64,000 nucleotides of DNA, from contig CM120641.1 in assembly GCA_051362555.1 (NCBI GenBank), forward strand, positions 28,588,401 to 28,652,400. Direction: 5' to 3'. Below are positions 1-64,000 of this stretch, piece by piece. This stretch comes from Lingula anatina (Eukaryota > Animalia > Brachiopoda). The notes beneath the pieces were generated by a model, which was given only the letters and a program-made list of their open reading frames with translations, made no database searches and was not told the DNA's origin. The first letter of the stretch is position 1, and every line of letters begins with the position of its first letter. The position numbers and the translations under genes are program-made.

Positions 1-2325
1 TACCCCAGCAAAAGCTTGAGTAAAGGGACTAAACCTTTCTTCATCAGAGTCAGCATCCACACCAGCATCAGCATCAAGGTCAGAGGGCTCGGAGTGTGAT
101 GACTGCACAAATGACTGAAAGGCGTCTAAGTCAGTTGAAGAGTTACTGTCCGATGACCAGCCCTCCAGTTCACGTTGGACAAGGGAATCAAAGAATGCCA
201 TCATGCGGGGGTCTTCTTCTACGGATTCGTTAGTGTAGTCGTGAGTCATGACTTGCCCACTCTGTAGCACAAGGTTAATGTACTCCTCATGGGAGTAAAC
301 AAGACGGTCCTCAAAGTTTTGCAGAGATGCGTCCTCTTCTCGTCTGGGAGCATTACCAATGGGAAATGGGCTCCAGGCCTGAAAGATTTTTCAATTTATT
401 TAACTGAATTTCTCAAAAATAAATTGCACCAACATAAAAATGAACTATGAATTTTAATTTCTTTATCATACACAAATATAGTAAACTAGAGGTTAAGGAA
501 TTTATCAAGTAAAAAGATTCCAATTCTGATGAACAAGCATAGAAATCTTCCAACTAGCCTAAAAATCAACAAGTTTCAAATAGGGACCATATTTGACCCA
601 AGTCTATAATACGAAATCATAGGTTTTTGTGGTAGTATATTACATAAAACAGGTTTACTTCAAATGATCCACAGGCTCTATGTAAAGTAGAATTGTGTTA
701 CCCACCTTAATAACTTTTTCTACTCCAGATGAGATGAGGAGGTGGTTATCTGGATTGAAACGTACTTGGTTGACAATTGACCTGTGTCCCTTTAATACCA
801 AGTGTGCCTCACTGAGCCAAACCTCTGTAATCATTTATACATACAAATGCACATTTCCATAATGTATCATCATCATAAACTATTAATACATCTAACAGCA
901 AACAAATGTTGAACTTGATATGACCCTTAACTTTTTATGTTTAAGTTAAAATTATGTGCGTCAAAGAACTTTTTTTTACATGACATCTATTTAAAAAAAA
1001 CTTCCATATACAACATGCATTGTTAAATCCACTCTTGATTGTTTTGTATTTTCTTCAATAGTCAGAGCAGAATTGAAAACATTTTATGTATTCCACAGAA
1101 AACTTACTTTCGCTGCCCTTGTCAGGTATTCGCCAAATGTACAGACTAAAATCATCCGAGCCAGACACTAAATACTACAAATACAGAACGTAAATCTTTT
1201 TAAAAATCACAAATCATCTTAAATCATTTAGCATTATACACCAGAAAACATACAAATAGTTATCCAATTTGCATCATGACAACTTGCTAACCACATAGTC
1301 TATTCCTTGTTGACATTTTCAACATATTCTAAATACCGTACAACAAAAACATGCTGAAAACATCTACACCTGAAAAGACTATGGATGTTTTTAGGATGTC
1401 TTTAATACATTTTATTACATTAAAGCCATTTTAGTTCCTACCTGGTCTTGATCCCCAGCAAAGCAGCAACTCTTCATGGTACAAGAATTGTAATACCCAA
1501 CATGATCAAACTGGCACAATGGGGCGGAATGCCGTACATCATAGAGCACTGGTGGAAGCCTCCGTCTGAGGGCAGTTAGACGGTCTCCGAGGCTGTTAAA
1601 CCTCACACTCATGCAGCTCTGCTGGCTCCACTTCCCCCCATAATGCATTAAGCACCTGGAAATAAGTTGTCTTACATATATACTTAATATACTTATACTT
1701 GACATAAATTTATTTTGACATTTTCAAAATATTCACACACCTTGTATTCTGTGTTGACTGTGTAAACATGTTCTAGGACCGATTCCATTACTGTATGATA
1801 CCTGTTCAGTGTACATGAAAGTCAAGTCTGATTCAGTTCATCTAAATCCATAGCAGTTCACTTGCATTAAGTAAATATTGGTCTGAAACAATGGACGTTT
1901 TTCTTGTTAACAGGAGCAATATTTCCAATAAACTGGACCTTGAAGTGTTACAGGATCTTTTCACAACACCACCTTCTGTACCGAGTACTTTTTGGACTTG
2001 GACAACCAATTAATCAGTAGTAAATAAATATGACCATGTAGACAAAAAAACTACAGGCCTATAGGAGCAGGATTACTTCAGCACATCTTCACACAAACAA
2101 AAACTCATGAGTCAATATAGATTACAACTTTAGTATCAAACACTTAACAGTGGTCCATATTTCAATATATCTTACTCCTTAGGAACTCTGACATCCCACA
2201 GTCCGATCCCTTCTTTAGAATTGGCTGTGGCTATTAACCGGGGGTCTATAGGGTTATGCATCACGGCATGCATAGGGGTGGAACAGTCACATAGGCACAG
2301 GGAATCTAGAAGAACAATATTAAAG

Positions 2326-2376
<51 letters not shown>

Positions 2377-4971
2377 CAACTGCTTTTTGAGAACTAATAT
2401 CTTGAAATTGATAACATGTATCACAAAAAAACTAATTATTTCTAATGACAGCATTACATAAGGTCTATCAGTGTATAGTGATCATACTTTTTGATCAATG
2501 AGAGTAAAATTTTTTGACTGTTTCATAAATTGGTGAATGTACAATATATAGAAATAAAATTTTCCTCACCATGGTCATTTAAAATCATTCAGCAAACATT
2601 TTAGCTTATGCTCATCTATATTCATATAACTGTTGTGACAACTATTATTACACATGTATGTCTAAAAATGGCTTTTAAATTGACAAAATATGGTGAATTT
2701 GAAATTTTTGGGTACAATTAATGCCCTGTATACATCAGAGTGTGACCCTTTCCTGATTCGAGCAATCCCCATATTTTGGTTAATATCATGATTCTGGGTT
2801 CTTCTCTGCTTTGGTTGCCTTACACTTTCACATCAAAATTGTAAAATATTCCTCAAATGTGAAACAAAAAATGTTACTGCCAAGCAACTGGAGAGTGAAT
2901 TAATACCTGTTAATTAAGGAATCGACTTGCCATGCCATAATGATGGTCACTGGCTGCAAGACGTTTTCAAGTATTTTGAACAGTTCTATACACTCAAAAA
3001 GCCATAAGGAACTGACGAAGGGCGATTTAATCTGCAAAATGAACCAATTTTTTGGTCAACTTACCAGCTTCTGGAGGTTCCCTTATATCATACAACAGTA
3101 TTCTGCCATCATCACAGGCACTGGCAAATACATTGTCATTGCTTGGGTCCACAGACAGGCCGTACACTGCCTCCTGGTGCAGGAACACATCTACAAGTTC
3201 ACCACTGGATTAAAAAAAAAGATTTTTGTCTTAAAGTTTTCTTTATTATCTTTACATAAGAATATGAAATTGTACTGTAACTGAAACTGAAATATCGATC
3301 ACTATAATTAAGCTTTCCTTTGCTTATTTAAAAAAGAAAAGAAAGAATGGGAAAATCAATGAAATAAAAATAATAACTGCTGCAAAAACATATAACAAAA
3401 CTTAGTTCTTCTGATTTTTAGTCTTTGATTTCAAGGCAAACAATGAGCATTACAAAAATGCTGAGATTAACTTTTTTGCTAACACTCAGTATGTGCCTCA
3501 CATAATAAAAGACAGAGTACTACACCATGCTTATTCCCCAACACTTGCACAGAAATACAATAGCATGTCAGTGATTAATCTACTGTAAATCAGAAACACG
3601 TCTCACCTCTGGGCATCATGAACAATTACTGCTTGATCATTACCTGGGAACAGAAGCAGAAATGAGTGTTAATAATACTTGTCTTCACTTATAAAGATAT
3701 TTCCAGATATAACTTAATAACATAATGATAAGAATGTGATGTGGGTATTAACAATTGCCATGTAACTATTACATGATGATTCTTATAATCAAAGTCTTGT
3801 TATTAATTGCATCATTGCAATAGGGAGAAATGTCTAGTCTTATTGAAATGTTTATTTGGACCAGTAGATTTTAGGAAAGTGGTGGTCTGAATGGCAAGTA
3901 ATCTGAAAAAGGTTATTGCACAGACTGAATTAACACTGATACTTAAGCCACCATTTATCCCATACACTCACCACCAGAGAATATCTTTTTATTGCTGCTG
4001 TCGAATGCCAAGCAGAAAATGTTACTGTGGTGCTCTCCCTTCATGGGAGCAGGGGTATAACCTGCTGACAGAGCCCTTTGGACATTCCACAACAGGACAC
4101 GCTTGTCATCTCCACCTGGAAAAATGTGTACATGGGTGTGAAATAATTTGTAATAACATGCAAAATAGTGTTATAATGCATATAAAGTTATATTCTATAA
4201 ATTAAACACCATAAAATCATTCACTCTAAATCTGCCAATAACAAGAGCAAATCTGTTGTTAAAAATGATGTACATAAGAAAATGTGTATATCTGATTTAT
4301 GTTTTACAACTTTTGTCTTTACAAAACTCATCTTACATAATGCCCTAACAAGTATCATATTCATTTTTTTTTTTACTTGCTGATACTTGCGATGTCTACA
4401 AAAATGTAATCGTTTATCAAAACTAATATCTTTCAAGTTAGTCGTCTGCCTCACAATTTGGGGCATTGCAATGTTTACAGAAATTTATTTGGACTTAGAA
4501 AAGTAAAAAGCTTTACTATCAAATAAAGGAAGGAAACCCAACATAAAAACGCATGCCACTGGAGACTTGGGCATACAGTACATGATGTAGGTATCGAATC
4601 TGCATCGCGGTTCCAAAAATAGTTAACAACAAGCATATACGTCATGCATGCACCAAGCACATCGGCCAAGCCTCCAGTAAGACCTTGAATCAATAAACAT
4701 AAGTGGTCTGAATGCTGACAAATGCCCTGGTTTAATATACATGTATTGTTCGACCTAGGAACTTACCTGACGCGATATACTCCCCTGCGCCATTTGAGAA
4801 CTCGATCGCATTCACGCAGCCGAAGTGAGCCTTCAGGTCCATTTGATACATATTTTGACTTCTCTCCATTTTCTCTCGCATCAGTCTACTGATGTTTTTG
4901 GTGTCTTCTTTGTAATGCTGGTGAAAAACGTAGGAAAGAGTGCCCTGGTTGAACGTATTTCTGCTCAACAT
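1..4971 (-). CDS. DCAF5: DDB1- and CUL4-associated factor 5 (WDR22), WD40 substrate receptor; 9 exons, 3' end beyond the left edge of the window
   Basis: Exons: 4767-4971, 3972-4115, 3607-3643, 3065-3204, 2176-2305, 1442-1655, 1108-1174, 706-824, <1-378. All introns are GT-AG and phases join (1434 nt, 478 codons in the window). The peptide contains DLKAHFGCVNAIEFSN, GGDDKRVLLW, GEHHSNIFCLAF, ATANSKEGIGLWD, LRRRLPPVLYD, NSCTMKSCCFAG, LKGHRSIVNQVRFN and EDPRMMAFFDSLVQRELEGWSSDS, which match DCAF5 as I recall it. Confidence 0.96.
2327..2378. repeat. (AAT)n microsatellite ending in (AAC)
   Basis: Read directly; lies about 20 nt upstream of the DCAF5 exon 5 acceptor on the sense strand. Confidence 0.95.
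4540..4675 (-). mobile_element. Possible degenerate tRNA-derived SINE head in DCAF5 intron 1
   Basis: The minus strand has TTGGCCGATGTG (A-box-like) and, about 60 nt later, AGATTCGATACC (B-box-like). No tail or TSD was identified. Confidence 0.25.
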
Positions 4972-4999
4972 CTTGGTTTATATCCTGTTATTATTATTA

Positions 5000-5140
5000 T
5001 TGTCCGTATTCCGCAGCTGTAAGAATCTCGAAATGTCTCGCGGATTGTGTCAAGGTCATTGAGAGGGTGTGACATTTTCCTTTGGCGAAAAGGTGTTGAG
5101 CAAAAGGGTCGAATGTTTCGCGTGCGGTTATCGTGCTTCA
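5000..5140 (-). promoter_or_regulatory. Putative DCAF5 proximal promoter / 5' leader
   Basis: CpG-containing patch just upstream of the ATG, with TCAAGGTCA (5050-5058, NR5A/ERR-type site), TTTGGCGAAA (5081-5090, E2F-like) and GAATCTCGAAA (5023-5033). Confidence 0.5.
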
Positions 5141-5728
5141 TCAAACACCACTACAAATAATCAATTAAAATCAAGTGAACAGTTACTTCACATTTATTTA
5201 TGTTATGATCCGACCAACTTTTCTAGTCTGTGTGAAAAACTCACGGATGTAATTCACAGGAAAATTGCATACATTATCACGGCCAATATCAGAAAGATAT
5301 AAAGATACCCTCTTAGCAGTTCTGGGATTTAGATTAATTCTTCAGCTTCATGTTAAACATTGATGAACTGGACTGCACGGGTCACATTTTACTCATTTTA
5401 ACAAGGCCAGTTTTGTGACTGATAACCATTCTATAACTTTGGTATCCCGCGTTTCAGTATTAACTTTAAAACCACAACTAAGAAATTTTTAGTACATTTT
5501 TTCATAGCATCTTTTGGGGCCTGGCATTATAATAAAGTTATAAAAAATTTTTGGTGAAATATTGGTTGAGTGGTTGGTTGGATATTTAAGTTGTATTTAG
5601 ACTAGAGATCTTATGCACTTTCAAGATAGTATTTGACGTTTTTCACTGTTCTTGCATTCTCCTCGCTCTAATACACACACACACACTATCAGGAAAAATC
5701 CAACAGCAGGCAAAGTAAAATCAACCAG

Positions 5729-5734
5729 TTTATT
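5729..5734 (-). promoter_or_regulatory. Candidate distal polyadenylation signal (AATAAA) of the MLK gene
   Basis: TTTATT on the plus strand, followed on the minus strand by T/GT-rich sequence (TTTTACTTT, (GT)n). It would imply a 3' UTR of about 2.7 kb. Other sites are possible. Confidence 0.4.
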
Positions 5735-8403
5735 CAAATGTTATATCCTCCCTGGCTAAATTACAATAACATTAAATTGACACAACATGTCTTGACATGT
5801 CCTATCATGTCTCAACAGTATACAAGACAAAGTCAGTAGATAATATCTATCTATCTATATATATATATCACTTTATCACATAGTTCATACACAGAATAGT
5901 TCTAGTGTAGAAGAATATTGGTTTAAACAATAATTAGGAACACAGTTCCTGGGTAAGGTTTTTTTAAAGTTGTTATCACAAAATAAACGGTAAAATTCCT
6001 ATTAAATAATCTGTACCAAAGGGGATGATACCAACTACACAGTTGCAGTCTCAGTTGATTCCTTAATGGATTCACCTCAACAGCTTTTGAATGCTGACAC
6101 CACAACTGGAATGTTCCTAATCATAACATAAGTGAGGTGCTGCATGAATCGGTGACGATGGTTTTGAGGAGTTATTTCTGTAACTCGTCAAACAGAATGC
6201 TTCTTTTCCCCCCTTCCAAGTTTCAAAGACCTGATGGAATTGATCACAGTATTTTAATCTTATTTCTTAATTTTACAATCAATTAAAAATAATACTGATA
6301 ACATTCTATTTCATTTCTAAAGATCCACTTTTCTTCATAGAAACTGAAACAGCAACTGTGTACTTGGTGCCTTTACAAGTTTTCTCATTTAAAATATGTG
6401 ATAACCGACTTATTAGACAACTTATAAAAATTCAGCGAGAAAAAAAAAAAAATGATTCTTTGAAATAGATATCTGACAAAACAATGACAGTTAATAAAAC
6501 ATTTTTATCTTTCAGGAAGAAGGCCTGTATTTTCCTTTAATTTGAAATAAAATAGTCTCCCTTCTGATTACTTACACAGAAATGTGAAAAAAACTTTCTA
6601 GAATAGACAACCATTGAATTTTCCACCAGGAATGGATGGACCTGTCAGCGAGATCATAACAATGAATACATTTCAGTCCTTTAATAGTATAGTTAAAGGT
6701 AACCTCCCCACTCTAACTGGGCCTTCTGGTAAAATTAAGACTTTTTTCTTAATGAAGTAATTGAATAATTGGCATATGCAATACAAGAGTATACTATAGG
6801 AAGATAATATGATGCTCAACAAGCTTTTCTTGCATAAAACTCGTTTACATGTATGCCATGTCCAAATATGTTTGTTTTAACTGGAAAAAGTGTAATTGAT
6901 GTAAGAAAGTATGGCCACACTAGTAAACTGTTCTCCTTTTGATACTTTTTAGATAAGAAACTTATAAACTGTCATAAAATTAGCCAAAATTTGATACAGG
7001 TATCATAAAATACCATACAAATAAGGAAGAAAAGAAAAACACATGCAACTGTGATACATATGTACATTTGGTGATGACAACAATTAACATCTTCTGAAGA
7101 GCTCCTCAGTATTGCACCAATGTTTTTTTTTTTTTACAAATTTCAGTGACAGAAAAAATCTGTTCAAAACTATGATCAGTAAGATCAGAAAGACCTTCAC
7201 TCAATAAGTAAATAATCACTATTATCATTTTACTACTTGCTTCTCATCCCAAATTTTGTCAGTACAAGGGAAGACTTTTTAAGTGCTTCAAATTGGTTTA
7301 ATAATATACAAAAATTATATTATATTATATTAGATCTTTGTACATATATCAAACAGCTTTATACAGTCTTACTACAGATCAGTCCTTACAACACTTGTGC
7401 TTTGCCTGACCCATGAAGATCACAACTACAGTCTACAAAAACTCCACAATAACTCTCCATATTAAGTTTGATTTCTAATCATTTAACAGCTCAATCTTTT
7501 CATAAACATTCTCCGTTCCCCTCCATAGCTGAGATATACCTCATTAAGTACCCATTTATAACCAAATGACTTAAAGTGACACAAATATCTAAATATGGTT
7601 ACATAACAAATTGTCTTTTCATATTGTCAGTTGAACAAGCATTAAATTCAAAACCAGGAATCAACTGTTATCATTATCAAAATGTTTTCAGAAGCTGTAA
7701 CAAACCTTTCTTATTCTTGGAATTAATGTTTATATCACCAATGTTATCATAGGAAAGAAAACTGTTACATGAAACGATATGAAGTATATGAGGTAACATG
7801 TTTTCCAAAAATACTGGTCTTAATATCAAAACAAATATACATACAGAAGTATATTAGCCTTGTTTCTTTTTTCTTTTTTTTTTTGCACCTTCACCGAGAT
7901 TTCTAAATAAACTAAATTTATATTTGTACTACCTACATTCAAAGAAGTTGTTACAGCTGTGTTTACCATGTGTGAAGACTATGCAGTTTGAATTTTACTA
8001 ACTTGTGATGAAAAACACCAATGTCAAGTCAGTTCAGGATGCAACTTTCCCCATGTCTAAGCAATCAACATTTAAGTTACCCATTGCATTGTGCTAAGGG
8101 TGTACCTCCAGCTAACTTGAACTTGCTGCAGTTCAGAAAGGAAACTCTAGCTCCTAAGACCACAAGAAGTAACACCCTGTTATATTCAGGCACATTTCAT
8201 GATGTAGATTTTCCATTTCAGTGTGCTGCCCTTAACAAGTATTACACACAAGTTACTGAACTTAACACAAGTGACGGAAAGCAAATGAAATCAAATAAAA
8301 AATACAAAAAATTAATCTCATTAAATACCAGGTTATATATGTTTGATCTGGCTCATTTGAAATACCAATATAGGGCCAATACACCTGCCAACCCATTTCT
8401 GAA

Positions 8404-64000
<55,597 letters not shown>

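Overview
AT-rich, intron-rich animal genomic DNA, most likely a lophotrochozoan such as a mollusc (inferred from composition and repeat types). Three spliced genes were reconstructed by hand from splice sites and reading-frame continuity. (1) DCAF5/WDR22 on the minus strand, 9 exons, running off the left edge. (2) A complete mixed-lineage kinase (MLK; SH3, kinase, leucine zipper, CRIB; 8 coding exons, 1071 aa) on the minus strand. (3) Pecanex (PCNX) on the plus strand, 34 exons, running off the right edge. MLK and PCNX are head-to-head, with start codons 541 bp apart, as in the three human MLK-PCNX paralog pairs. PCNX contains a clear U12-type minor-spliceosome intron (55935-56244). About 14.7 kb of intron sequence consists of non-autonomous Helentron-type (HINE/DINE-1/pearl-like) elements with internal 161-bp and 337-bp tandem arrays, a second HINE family captured inside them, and a nested TAA-flanked MITE. 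All five top-level copies are co-oriented with their host gene. No prokaryotic features, CRISPR arrays or intact RNA genes were seen.
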